NCBI GenBank assembly: GCA_902514765.1
Contig: CABXSA010000002.1
Span: 17,249-81,248 of the forward strand
Source of the DNA: an uncultured SAR86 cluster bacterium
Lineage (GTDB): Bacteria; Pseudomonadota; Gammaproteobacteria; Magnimaribacterales; AG-339-G14
Length of the DNA stretch: 64,000 nt
Direction: 5' to 3'
Positions 28,914 through 40,567 of this stretch are shown in pieces (position 1 is the first letter of the stretch; each line of letters begins with the position of its first letter). Position numbers and translations under genes: made by a program. The notes below the pieces were generated by a model. That model was not told where the DNA came from and did no database searches. It was given only the letters and a program-made list of their open reading frames with translations.

Positions 28914-29342
28914 TTAAAGTGATAATTCTTTGGGTTGCTGTCCAATATGGGGGTGAGCTGTACCAGAATAAACTTTTAGTTTTTTAATTATCTGATTAGC
29001 AAGTTTATTTTTAGGTAACATTCCTTTGACAGCCTTTTCAATTATTTTTTCAGGAGAATCTTTTTGCATCTTTTCAAAAGATTTTGTTTTGAGTCCTCCA
29101 GGATAGCCGGTGTGATGATAATAGTTTTTTTGAGAAGATTTATTTCCAGTTACCTTGACTTTCTCCGCGTTAACAACGACAACAAAATCACCTAAATCAG
29201 CATTCGGGGAATACTGGGCTTTGTTTTTTCCTGAGAGAATAGAAGCTATTTTAACAGCCAATCTACCTAAAACTTTGTCCTCAGCATCAACTATATGCCA
29301 ATTTTTTTCGACATTAACGCTTTTGTAACTCTTAGTTTCCAT
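28914..29342 (-). CDS. rplM: 50S ribosomal protein L13
   Basis: 142 aa. [15 protein letters not shown] motif. Part of the rplM-rpsI operon. Confidence 0.96.
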   Translation of the reverse strand: METKSYKSVNVEKNWHIVDAEDKVLGRLAVKIASILSGKNKAQYSPNADLGDFVVVVNAEKVKVTGNKSSQKNYYHHTGYPGGLKTKSFEKMQKDSPEKIIEKAVKGMLPKNKLANQIIKKLKVYSGTAHPHIGQQPKELSL

Positions 29343-29387
29343 ATATAAGTCTTGAAAGGCGAGAATGATAACTCAGAGAGGTTATAA

Positions 29388-30173
29388 TTGCTATTGCCAA
29401 TGTTCAAAAAAAAATATTTTGTAATATCTTTATGGGTAATTTTAGGTTCTATTTCAGGGCTATTTTTTTCTACTTTTTATGGAAAAACAGACCTTTATAT
29501 CCCTGTCTATCATAATATATCAAATGTGCTTGAAAGGACCTCCCCTTCGGTTGTAAATATATGGACGATAAAAAAATGGAAGGGATGGCAGGAACAATCA
29601 AATGAATTTGGCTTTAAATTTAATATGCGAGTGGTTAAAACAGGTTTTTTCCCTAATGGATCGGGGGTAGTAATAGAAAAAGACCTTATCGTAACTAATT
29701 ATCATGTAATAAAAGATGCTTTTAGTCAGAATCAACAATTAATAGTTGAAAATCACACTGGAAAAACTGTATTAGCTCAAATCTTAGGATTTGATTCAGA
29801 TGCTGATATTGCTGTTCTTGGAATTATTGAGCCGATTAACTTGAAGCCTTTTAATATAAGAAAAAATATTGATCAAATTCAAGTGGGTGAACCTGTAATT
29901 GCAATAGGTAACCCTCAAGGCTTGGGCCAATCATTCAGTAAGGGCATCGTAAGCGCAATAAATAGAAAGTTTAAAGACAAAAAAGGAAATTTTATCCAAA
30001 CTGATGCGTCAATTAATCCAGGAAACTCTGGAGGTGCTTTAATAGACGATAAAGGAAGATTGTTAGGAGTAGTAAATGTAATCAGATCAACTTCTGGAGG
30101 AAATCAAGGATTAAACTTTGCAATTCCTGTCGATACGGTGATTGAAGTCTTTAACTCAATTTTGGATAGGTAG
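29388..30173 (+). CDS. Membrane-anchored S1C (HtrA/DegS-like) serine protease lacking a PDZ domain
   Basis: 261 aa. N-terminal TM helix, with catalytic triad contexts TNYHV (His), DADIAVL (Asp) and GNSGGALID (Ser). The protein ends about 25 aa after the protease domain. The real start may be the internal ATG at MFKKKYF. Confidence 0.75.
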   Translation: MLLPMFKKKYFVISLWVILGSISGLFFSTFYGKTDLYIPVYHNISNVLERTSPSVVNIWTIKKWKGWQEQSNEFGFKFNMRVVKTGFFPNGSGVVIEKDLIVTNYHVIKDAFSQNQQLIVENHTGKTVLAQILGFDSDADIAVLGIIEPINLKPFNIRKNIDQIQVGEPVIAIGNPQGLGQSFSKGIVSAINRKFKDKKGNFIQTDASINPGNSGGALIDDKGRLLGVVNVIRSTSGGNQGLNFAIPVDTVIEVFNSILDR

Positions 30174-30176
30174 TAT

Positions 30177-31481
30177 CTATTTACGCCTTAATTTCAAAGC
30201 ATTTGCATGCCCATACAAACCTTCCAGCTCTGCTAAAAATATTGAATTATCAAGTAGTTCTTTATACTTGGCTTTATTCCTAATAGATTTAATTTCTGTT
30301 ACAGAGGTTCTCACTAAAAAGTCTTCAATGCTGACAGGCGAACTAAATCTGGCAGCAGAATTTGTTGGAATAACATGGCTTGGTCCTGCTGCATAATCTC
30401 CCAAGACAGCCGTATTGTTTTCTCCAATAAAAATAGCCCCGGCAATGAATCTATTTAATAAAGACTCTTTGAAGCTTTTACAAATAATTTGTAAGTGCTC
30501 TGGTCCTACAAGGTTATTAATATCAATTGCTTCTTCTAAATTTTTAACCTGAATGAACATCGAATTTTTTTCTAAAGCTTTTTTTATTGTTTTCCTTCTT
30601 GGAGCAACAGTTATTTGTTGGTCAAGCTCTTTAAATAAATCTTCCAATCCTTCTTTTCCAATTTGGATAAAAATACATTTGGAATCCTCCCCATGCTCAG
30701 CTTGGGCAATTAGATCAGCAGCTAATTTTTCAAATCCATTTTTCTTATCAGAAATAATTAATACCTCAGAAGGGCCTGCGAATGAATCTATACCTACATC
30801 TCCAAATACCTGTCTTTTTGCTTCAGCAACATAGTTATTTCCGGGACCAAAGATTTTATCTGATTTTGGTATTGTCTCTGTCCCGTATGCCATTGCGGCT
30901 ACTGCATGTGCTCCGCCGAAGTTATAAGCATTAGTTATTCCAGCTAAATGAGCAGTCCCTAGCATTAATGTTTTTGCATTCTCAGAAGAACTTGGAAAGA
31001 AAAGGTTTATCTCTTTGCAACCTGCTACTCCTGCAACTAATGCGGTCATTAGAATAGAAGATGGATAAACAGCTTTTCCACCAGGAGCATAAAGCCCAAT
31101 TCTTTCTATTGGTTTATGTATTTGACCTAAAAGATTAAATATTCCATCCTTTGCCTTTAAATCTCTTACCTTTACAGCTTTATGAAAATTTATGATTCTT
31201 TTCTTAATGAAGTTTAAGTTTTTTTTCGTTGCGGTGTCTAATTTTTCATAATTTTTTTTTAAATCAGACTTATTAAAAGAAGCTTCGGAAACTTTTTTAA
31301 ATTCTGTCTTATCAATTTTGTTAGAAATGTTTATTAGTGCTTTATCACCATTTTTTTTTACATTTAGTATAATTTTTTGAACAACTTCCCTGATATGAGA
31401 AGGTTTGTTTGTAGTTTTACTTTTCAATAAGTATTTTTTGGCTACATTAAAAGATACTTTTTTAGTTTTTATAGTTTTCAT
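30177..31481 (-). CDS. hisD: Histidinol dehydrogenase
   Basis: 434 aa with HisD-type sequence (AGPSEVLII, IAQAEHGEDS, GDYAAGPSHVIPT). Follows hisG. Confidence 0.95.
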   Translation of the reverse strand: MKTIKTKKVSFNVAKKYLLKSKTTNKPSHIREVVQKIILNVKKNGDKALINISNKIDKTEFKKVSEASFNKSDLKKNYEKLDTATKKNLNFIKKRIINFHKAVKVRDLKAKDGIFNLLGQIHKPIERIGLYAPGGKAVYPSSILMTALVAGVAGCKEINLFFPSSSENAKTLMLGTAHLAGITNAYNFGGAHAVAAMAYGTETIPKSDKIFGPGNNYVAEAKRQVFGDVGIDSFAGPSEVLIISDKKNGFEKLAADLIAQAEHGEDSKCIFIQIGKEGLEDLFKELDQQITVAPRRKTIKKALEKNSMFIQVKNLEEAIDINNLVGPEHLQIICKSFKESLLNRFIAGAIFIGENNTAVLGDYAAGPSHVIPTNSAARFSSPVSIEDFLVRTSVTEIKSIRNKAKYKELLDNSIFLAELEGLYGHANALKLRRK

Positions 31482-32084
31482 TTAGAGCATCTTTAATAGA
31501 AAAAATTAACTTTTCTATTTTTAAGTTGTTTGTTTTGAAAGAGGATTTGTTAATGATTAATCTGGTTGAAATATCTTGAATTACCTCTAATTCACATAAT
31601 CCGTTATCTTTAAGTGTGTTTCCAGTTTGCACAAGATCGACTATGTAATCTGAAAGCCCAAGTATTGGAGCTATTTCTATTGCGCCTTTTAACTTTATTA
31701 TTTCTACATTCTGCATTTTAGAAGCAAAAAAAGCTTTTGCAGAAACTGGATATTTAGTAGCTACTATGGGTTTATTTGAATTAGTTGCTTTCTCATATGC
31801 AGCTAAAGAAAGACGACATTTTCCAAAACCCATATCTAAAGATTCATAAAAATTTTCTTCATCTTCAATCTCATTAAGAACATCTTTCCCAACAAAGCCA
31901 ATGTCTGCAATACCTTTGTTGACAAACTTAGGGATGTCCCAAGATCTAAGGATTGCTACTTTGATATCTTTAACAGAGGTATCAATAACCAGCTTTCTTG
32001 ACGAGTCTTCAAAAGATATGCCAACCTGTTCTAAAAGATTTTTAATTTCTTTTAGTAATCTTCCTTTTGGTAAAACAATTAACA

Positions 32085-32085
<1 letters not shown>
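31462..32085 (-). CDS. hisG: ATP phosphoribosyltransferase, short form (HisG-S)
   Basis: 207 aa. MLIVLPKGRL N-terminus and no C-terminal regulatory domain. Short-form enzymes need HisZ, which is not in this window. Confidence 0.9.
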
Positions 32086-33973
<1,888 letters not shown>

Positions 33974-34023
33974 TTATAATCGCATTTATAAAGCCTAGTC
34001 TACTACAGGATAATTAATCACAG

Positions 34024-35001
34024 ATGAAAAAACCAAAAAAAATTAATTTTTTTGAAATCGGCAAAAAAGTCATTTCAAATGAAATTCATGCTCTTCAAAC
34101 AGTTTCTTCGGGAATTTCTAAAAATGAGTTTAATGAAGTTTGTAACTTTTTATCAAAAACAAAAGGTAATTTAATCTTTTTGGGAATTGGAAAGTCAGGA
34201 AAGGTATCTGAAAAGATATCAGCCACACTATCTAGTTTGGGAAAACCATCTTTTTACATAAATGCTGCTGAGGCTAGTCATGGAGATCTTGGAGCAATAA
34301 CCAAAAAAGACTCTTTAATTATTTTCTCTTACTCAGGTGAGACGGAAGAGTTAGTAGATCTTCTTCCCAACTTAAAACAAAAAAAAGTGAATATTTGCTC
34401 TGTTACTGGGAACAAAAACTCAACAATAGCGTTATCGTCTATAGCGCACATATCATTGAAATTAGAAAAAGAGGCGGATATGCTGAATCTTGCCCCAACG
34501 TCCAGCACGACTGCCATGATAATGATTGGAGATGCCATTTCTATAGCTATAACAAATCATGAAGGTTTAAAAAGATCTGACTTTGGTGCAAATCATCCGG
34601 GCGGCAGTCTTGGTAAAAGTTTTATTAAGGTAAAAGAGATTATGATCAAAGAAAAAGATTTGCCTTTTATAGATGGAAATATTTTCATAATTGATGCAAT
34701 GGAAAAAATATCAAAAAAAGGTTTTGGATTGGGCTTAATAAAAATTAAAGGTCTAGTGAAGGGTATTTTTACAGACGGAGATTTAAGAAGAATGATAAAT
34801 AACCGCATAGATCTTACTTCAACTCCCATAAAACAAGTCATGACTAAAAATTTTAAATTTGTTAATGATGTTGATCTTGTTCTTGATGTTTCTAGGATAA
34901 TGGAAGATCGAAAGATCTATTCATTGATCGTAAAGGACTCTAACAAAAAAATAACAGGTTTAATCAGGATGCATGAAATTCTTACTGCAAAAATAATTTG
35001 A
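34024..35001 (+). CDS. kdsD: Arabinose-5-phosphate isomerase
   Basis: 325 aa. SIS domain (FLGIGKSG) plus two C-terminal CBS repeats. It heads the kdsD-lptC-lptB locus. Confidence 0.9.
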   Translation: MKKPKKINFFEIGKKVISNEIHALQTVSSGISKNEFNEVCNFLSKTKGNLIFLGIGKSGKVSEKISATLSSLGKPSFYINAAEASHGDLGAITKKDSLIIFSYSGETEELVDLLPNLKQKKVNICSVTGNKNSTIALSSIAHISLKLEKEADMLNLAPTSSTTAMIMIGDAISIAITNHEGLKRSDFGANHPGGSLGKSFIKVKEIMIKEKDLPFIDGNIFIIDAMEKISKKGFGLGLIKIKGLVKGIFTDGDLRRMINNRIDLTSTPIKQVMTKNFKFVNDVDLVLDVSRIMEDRKIYSLIVKDSNKKITGLIRMHEILTAKII

Positions 35002-35630
35002 TGCCAAAAAGCATTTTTGTATATTTAGTTGCTTTATTTTTTCTCATTGGTTCTGTCCTGTTTTTGTCTTCATTTTTCTTAAGCTCGTCATCTTCTGAAT
35101 TTATAAAACAAAATAATGAAATAGTTTTTGAAGCAAAAAATATTTCCATTAATTTAGGTTTTAAAGAAAGTGATTTCGTTTTAAAAGTAGAATCTTCAAT
35201 GGTTAATTCTTTAAAAGAAGAAAAAAACCTTTACGTTTATCAGCCAAAAATAGATATTTCCGGAAAAAACACCTCTTTAAAAATAATTTCAAATAAAGGA
35301 ACAATTGCTTACGATAAAAATTTGGTTCAACTTGAAAATAAAACGGAAATTTCTGGCAAGGTAAATGAAAAAATTATTTCAGGAAAAGCTGGCAAAATTG
35401 ATATTGATCTTAATGAAAGAAACTTATCCTCTAATGAATTAATCCTTTTTATAGATGAATATGAAATCTCTGTAAAAGAAATTATTTTGAATGAAGATGA
35501 GATAGTTTTTAAAGGTAATCCTATATATTTAAAAGATAGTGAAGGTTTAGTAACAGAAACTTCTTCGGTAAAGTTAAAATCAAATGGAGAAATAATTTTT
35601 CCATCAAGACTAAATATTAATAATTATTAA
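34998..35630 (+). CDS. Membrane-anchored LptC-like (OstA/LptC-fold) protein
   Basis: 210 aa with a single N-terminal TM helix, then a beta-rich K/N/I/S sequence. It occupies the slot between kdsD and lptB where lptC and lptA normally lie. The call rests mainly on position and architecture. Confidence 0.45.
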   Translation: MMPKSIFVYLVALFFLIGSVLFLSSFFLSSSSSEFIKQNNEIVFEAKNISINLGFKESDFVLKVESSMVNSLKEEKNLYVYQPKIDISGKNTSLKIISNKGTIAYDKNLVQLENKTEISGKVNEKIISGKAGKIDIDLNERNLSSNELILFIDEYEISVKEIILNEDEIVFKGNPIYLKDSEGLVTETSSVKLKSNGEIIFPSRLNINNY

Positions 35631-35635
35631 TTTGT

Positions 35636-36349
35636 ATGCGTATTGAAGGGAAAAAACTTAACAAAGTTTCCAATAAAATAAATATACTTGAGGATATAGA
35701 TATCTCTATAACCTCAGATAATATATATGGTTTGCTAGGTCCAAATGGAGCTGGTAAAACAACTTTGTTCTCTATCCTAGCTGGTTTGAGCAAACCTTCT
35801 GAGGGAGAGGTGCTTTATGACTCAAAAATAGTAAATAACCTAAGTTTTGAACAAAGATCAGATTTAGGAGTAATTTATCTTCCTCAAGAGCCCTCTGTAT
35901 TCAGAGAACTTACCGTTGAAGAAAATATCAAGGCTGCGCTGGAAGCAAAAAAATACGATAAAAAAGACATTGAAAATAAATTGACTCAAATTTCTGAAGA
36001 ATTTGACCTGTTGAGTATTAAAGCTCAAAAGTGTAATTCTCTATCTGGAGGTCAAAGAAGAAGAGTTGAAATTGCTAGAGCAATTGCCTTAACCCCAAAA
36101 CTTATAATGCTTGATGAGCCTTTTGCAGGAATTGATCCTCTCATAATAAATGAGATCAAAACTTTGATTAAAGATCTTAAAGATAAAGGTATAGGGGTTC
36201 TAATAAGTGATCACAACGTAAATGCTACCCTGGACATTTGTGATGTAATTTATGTGATAAATGCAGGCAAAGTTATAGCGCAAGGGATTCCGGAAGAAAT
36301 TGTGCAAAATGAAGTAGTTAAAAAAGTCTATTTAGGGGATATGACTTAG
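35636..36349 (+). CDS. lptB: LPS export ABC transporter ATP-binding protein
   Basis: 237 aa. Walker A GPNGAGKTT, signature LSGGQRRRVEIARA, and LptB-typical length and position. Confidence 0.9.
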   Translation: MRIEGKKLNKVSNKINILEDIDISITSDNIYGLLGPNGAGKTTLFSILAGLSKPSEGEVLYDSKIVNNLSFEQRSDLGVIYLPQEPSVFRELTVEENIKAALEAKKYDKKDIENKLTQISEEFDLLSIKAQKCNSLSGGQRRRVEIARAIALTPKLIMLDEPFAGIDPLIINEIKTLIKDLKDKGIGVLISDHNVNATLDICDVIYVINAGKVIAQGIPEEIVQNEVVKKVYLGDMT

Positions 36350-36359
36350 GCTAAATTTT

Positions 36360-36866
36360 TTACTTTCCATATGTAAGTTTAATCCTCAGATATCTCAAAA
36401 CTCCAAAAATAATTGGCCAAATTAAGCTAGAGATAATTGTTAAGATCAATAACTCAAAAATTATAGACAAGGTAAATTTATTAGAAATTAAAATGAAATA
36501 AATTTGATAAATGAGAACAATAATTGCCACAATCAAAGATTGTTGCAATCTAAACAAAGCTCTAAATCTATGGAAGTATCTTTGTGAAAAATATGATGTC
36601 AAAAGAAATATAACAACATGAATTCCTAAGAGATATCCTAAAAAGATATCTAAAATAAAACCAGAAAGCATGGTCCAAAAAAAACCTATATTTCTTGGGG
36701 TTGCTACGTTCCAATAAATTAAAGCCATCAAGGTTAAGGGTAAAGTTAACCTAGATAAGATGAAGTCATTCAATAAAACTTCAATTATTGAAGCAATAAT
36801 TAATGTAAGTCCTACTAAAAAATAGAAATTTAAAGCTGAAGGTTTTTTATCATCAAGACTATTCAT
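36360..36866 (-). CDS. mreD: Rod shape-determining protein MreD
   Basis: 168 aa polytopic protein directly after mreC (4-nt overlap). Confidence 0.8.
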   Translation of the reverse strand: MNSLDDKKPSALNFYFLVGLTLIIASIIEVLLNDFILSRLTLPLTLMALIYWNVATPRNIGFFWTMLSGFILDIFLGYLLGIHVVIFLLTSYFSQRYFHRFRALFRLQQSLIVAIIVLIYQIYFILISNKFTLSIIFELLILTIISSLIWPIIFGVLRYLRIKLTYGK

Positions 36867-37711
36867 GGCTTAGTAAACAAAATGGTAGAGCCGAAACTAA
36901 AGTCAAAAGTATTTTTAACAGTAATTAGCAAAAAGTTTGATTGATCATTTTCTTTTATCTCAGTCACCCTTCCGAGTAAAAAGCCTTCTGGGAACCTGCC
37001 TCCTAGTCCGGACGAAATTATTTCATCTCCTTTTTTGATGTCTCCATTTTTTTTAAATTCTTCAATTCGAAATGTTTTAGGCTCACCTGTTCCAACTATA
37101 ATTATATTTTCCAAGGTTCTAGAGTTCTTTGCTGGAACTTTTATTGATGTGTCGTGAAGGGGAATTATTTTTATCGAATTATTTAGAAGTTCATCTATAA
37201 TCCCAACTAACCCAAAAGCATTAAAAGCAACCATATCTTTTGTAATATTGTTTGTTCTAATTTCTACTGAAATAAGTTCTTTTGGAAATTTCTTAAAATC
37301 GGTGATCTTGCCTAAAAAAAACTTTTTTTCCTGAAAACTTTCACTTAAGTCAAAAAGCTCCTCAAGCTCATTTAAAGAATTTTTTGTGTTTTGAAGAGCA
37401 AGATTTTGATTTTCTAAATCTCTTATCTGGTTTCTTAACATGATAATTTCTTCAGAGAGCTTTTTTTGAGATGAAAAATAAGAATCAAAGGAATTAAAAC
37501 TGTCTTTAGCAAAGTATTCAATTTTAGTAAAAGGAGAAAAAATGTATGATGAAATAATTCTAATTTTACTGCTTAATTCAAATGAATAATCTCCGTACAT
37601 TATAAGAAAACTAAATAAGATAGCTGGATAGAAACGACTGGCGCGCATTGACCCAGTGGTAAATATAGCTGATTGAGCGATATCGGTTTGTTTGTGTTCA
37701 CCGCCGAACAT
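36863..37711 (-). CDS. mreC: Rod shape-determining protein MreC
   Basis: 282 aa. N-terminal TM helix, coiled-coil segment (LRNQIRDLENQNLALQN) and a C-terminal beta domain. Follows mreB. Confidence 0.85.
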   Translation of the reverse strand: MFGGEHKQTDIAQSAIFTTGSMRASRFYPAILFSFLIMYGDYSFELSSKIRIISSYIFSPFTKIEYFAKDSFNSFDSYFSSQKKLSEEIIMLRNQIRDLENQNLALQNTKNSLNELEELFDLSESFQEKKFFLGKITDFKKFPKELISVEIRTNNITKDMVAFNAFGLVGIIDELLNNSIKIIPLHDTSIKVPAKNSRTLENIIIVGTGEPKTFRIEEFKKNGDIKKGDEIISSGLGGRFPEGFLLGRVTEIKENDQSNFLLITVKNTFDFSFGSTILFTKP

Positions 37712-37715
37712 AAAA

Positions 37716-38756
37716 TTACTCTGTTGACAGAAGATCTACATCAAATTTATCAATTATGTCCAGAGCAATTCCTCCACCTTTTACTACACAGGTCAAAGGA
37801 TCATCAGCAACAATTACGGGAATTCCAGTTTGCTCAGATATCATTATGTCAAGATCGGTAAGTAAGGCTCCTCCCCCTGTCAAAACTATTCCTCTTTCAG
37901 AAATATCTGCACTTAGTTCCGGAGGAGATTGTTCTAAGGCATTTCTTATAGATTGAAGAATTGATGATAGAGGTCCAGATATAGCTTCATAAGCTTCTAG
38001 GCTTGAAAAATTAATCGTGTTTGGAACACCTTCGGCTAAATTTCTTCCTCTGATTTCCATTGATTTATCTTCACTTTCAGGAGTTGCACAACCAACAGTT
38101 TCTTTTATTCTTTCAGCAGTTGATTCACCGACCAAGACTCCATATTTTCTTCTGATGTAAGACACAATAGCTTCGTTGAATCTATCACCTCCTGTTTTTA
38201 AGGAGCTGGAAAAAACGACACCGTTAAGAGCTAGAATTGCTATTTCGGTCGTACCTCCACCAATATCCACTACCATTGAACCTGAAGCCTCTTCAACTGG
38301 TAACCCAGCACCAATTGCCGCTGCCATAGGCTCTTCTATGAGCCTTACTTCTCTGGCACCTGCTTGAAGAGCTGATTCTCTTATTGCTCTTCTTTCTACT
38401 TGTGTTGATTGACAAGGTACACAAATCAGAATTCTTGGGCTTGGTTTAAAGAAATTTTCGCCATGAACAACTTGAATAAAATGTTGAAGCATTTTTTCTG
38501 TAACTTGAAAATCTGCAATAACTCCATCTTTGAGAGGTCGAATTGCTTCTATGTTTCCAGGCACTCGTCCTAGCATTCTTTTTGCCTCAGAGCCAACTGC
38601 AACCACTGATCTGTGACCCTCAGATTTTTTTATAGCTACTACAGATGGTTCATTTAGAACAATTCCCTTTCCTTTGGCAAAAATAAGAGTATTTGCAGTA
38701 CCTAAGTCAATTGACAAATCTGTTGAGTAGATGCCTTTAAGAGCTTTTAGAACCAT
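37716..38756 (-). CDS. mreB: Rod shape-determining actin homolog MreB
   Basis: 346 aa. [22 protein letters not shown] and [11 protein letters not shown] motifs. Confidence 0.97.
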   Translation of the reverse strand: MVLKALKGIYSTDLSIDLGTANTLIFAKGKGIVLNEPSVVAIKKSEGHRSVVAVGSEAKRMLGRVPGNIEAIRPLKDGVIADFQVTEKMLQHFIQVVHGENFFKPSPRILICVPCQSTQVERRAIRESALQAGAREVRLIEEPMAAAIGAGLPVEEASGSMVVDIGGGTTEIAILALNGVVFSSSLKTGGDRFNEAIVSYIRRKYGVLVGESTAERIKETVGCATPESEDKSMEIRGRNLAEGVPNTINFSSLEAYEAISGPLSSILQSIRNALEQSPPELSADISERGIVLTGGGALLTDLDIMISEQTGIPVIVADDPLTCVVKGGGIALDIIDKFDVDLLSTE

Positions 38757-38837
38757 AATTTTTGTAACTTTTTAAATATTTCGAATAGTAGTTGATTTTA
38801 AGTTGATATAAAATCTTCCTCTCTTTAAATCATTATA

Positions 38838-39125
38838 ATGAAAATTACTGAACAAGACCTTAAAAACATCTCTTTATTGAGTAAGATAAGAATAGACGAG
38901 GAGACATCTGACTCTTTGACAAAAGACCTAGAATCCATTTTAACAATGGTTAACAAAATGGATGAATTAGATACTTCAAAAGTCAATCCGTTAACTCACC
39001 CTATAGAAAATACTCAAACTTTGAGAGAAGACATCGAAAAAAAAGATATTGAAAGAGAAAAACTTCAAAAACTTTCTAAGGAAAAAGACTCTGGTTTTTA
39101 TCTTACCCCCAAAGTAATTGAATAA
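38838..39125 (+). CDS. gatC: Asp/Glu-tRNA amidotransferase subunit C
   Basis: 95 aa. First gene of gatCAB and divergent from mreB, as in Pseudomonas. Confidence 0.9.
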   Translation: MKITEQDLKNISLLSKIRIDEETSDSLTKDLESILTMVNKMDELDTSKVNPLTHPIENTQTLREDIEKKDIEREKLQKLSKEKDSGFYLTPKVIE

Positions 39126-39127
39126 TT

Positions 39128-40567
39128 ATGAGCGAATTAATAAAACTATCTTTAACAGACCAAATACTTGGACTTACTGATAAATCTTTCTCATCCAAAG
39201 AAATTACGGAAGCATATTTGAACGAAATTAAGAAAAAGAAATCATTAAATTGCTACATTTCAGTTTTTGAAGAAGAATCTAAAGAAAATGCTCTTATAGC
39301 AGATGAAAATATTATAAAAAATAAAGCTAGGCCTTTAGAGGGAATTCCAATTGCTCACAAAGATATTTTTTGTATTAAAGATAAAAAAACAACTTGCGGT
39401 TCTAAAATGCTATCAAATTTCATTTCTCCTTATTCTTCAGAGGTCTTTTCTAAATTAGATAATGCCGGAGCTATTACGCTAGGAAAGACGAACATGGATG
39501 AATTTGCGATGGGATCCTCTAATGAAACAAGCTTTTATGGAAATGTTTTAAACCCGATTAATGAAAAACTTTCTCCAGGAGGCTCTTCAGGTGGATCGGC
39601 AGCAGCTGTTAGAGCCAATCTTTGCTCATTTGCAACTGCAACTGATACTGGGGGTTCCATAAGACAACCAGCATCTTTCTGCGGAGTTACAGGTATAAAA
39701 CCTACTTATGGAAGAGTTTCTAGATGGGGAATGATAGCTTTTGCATCTAGCCTCGATCAAGCAGGAATAATTGCGAAAAATGCTAAAGATGCTGCTATAG
39801 CACTAAAATATATGTCTGGATTCGATCAAAAAGATTCAACTTCTTTGAATGAAGAAGTTAAAGATTTTCAAAAAGAAGTCGATGCAAAACAAGATCATGT
39901 AATTGGAATTCCTAAAGAACTAATTGAAAATATAAAAAATGACCAGGTAAGAGATTCATTCAATAATTCCATTTCTATTCTTGAAAAAGACGGAGCAAAA
40001 ATTGAAGAAATAAATCTACCTCATATTGAATACTCCTTACCAGCTTATTATGTAATAGCTCCTGCAGAGTGTTCAGCCAATTTAGCGAGATACGATGGGA
40101 TTAGATTTGGTCATAGAAGCGATAGCGTTTCTTCATTAGAAGATCTTTATGTTAATTCAAGAACAGAAGGTTTTGGTAGAGAAGTTAAAAATAGAATTTT
40201 TATTGGAACGTTCTGTCTTTCTGCAGGTTATTATGATGCCTTTTACAACAAGGCATTGAAAATAAGAAATTTAATAAAGAATGATTTTGATGAAGCTTTT
40301 AAAAAAGTTTCATCGATAGCAATGCCTACTTGCTCTAACTCCTCTTTTGAACTTGGCTCAATAAGCGATCCTGTTGAAATGTATGAACAGGATATTTATA
40401 CAATCCCTGCAAACTTAGCAGGTTTGCCAGCGATATCAATTCCATCAGGTATAGCCAACGAAATGCCAATTGGCCTTCAACTCATTGGAAATTATCTTGA
40501 TGAAGGAAGAATTCTTAACCTTGCAAACAAATTTCAAAAATTAACGGATTTCCATGAGTTCAAATAA
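39128..40567 (+). CDS. gatA: Asp/Glu-tRNA amidotransferase subunit A
   Basis: 479 aa with the amidase signature GGSSGGSAAAV ... GTDTGGSIRQPA. Confidence 0.95.
   Translation: MSELIKLSLTDQILGLTDKSFSSKEITEAYLNEIKKKKSLNCYISVFEEESKENALIADENIIKNKARPLEGIPIAHKDIFCIKDKKTTCGSKMLSNFISPYSSEVFSKLDNAGAITLGKTNMDEFAMGSSNETSFYGNVLNPINEKLSPGGSSGGSAAAVRANLCSFATATDTGGSIRQPASFCGVTGIKPTYGRVSRWGMIAFASSLDQAGIIAKNAKDAAIALKYMSGFDQKDSTSLNEEVKDFQKEVDAKQDHVIGIPKELIENIKNDQVRDSFNNSISILEKDGAKIEEINLPHIEYSLPAYYVIAPAECSANLARYDGIRFGHRSDSVSSLEDLYVNSRTEGFGREVKNRIFIGTFCLSAGYYDAFYNKALKIRNLIKNDFDEAFKKVSSIAMPTCSNSSFELGSISDPVEMYEQDIYTIPANLAGLPAISIPSGIANEMPIGLQLIGNYLDEGRILNLANKFQKLTDFHEFK

Noticed and set aside
29386-29703. While hand-translating the protease gene I seemed to need two +1 frame corrections. 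One was at the A-run near 29404-29413 and one near 29699-29701. My count also placed the TTG start at 29386 rather than 29388.
   Set aside because: The supplied ORF track reads this as one uninterrupted 261-aa ORF. All flanking anchors agree with the track (rplM start 29342, stop at 30173, ORF at 30142). I attribute the discrepancy to my own manual counting and do not claim a frameshift or pseudogene.
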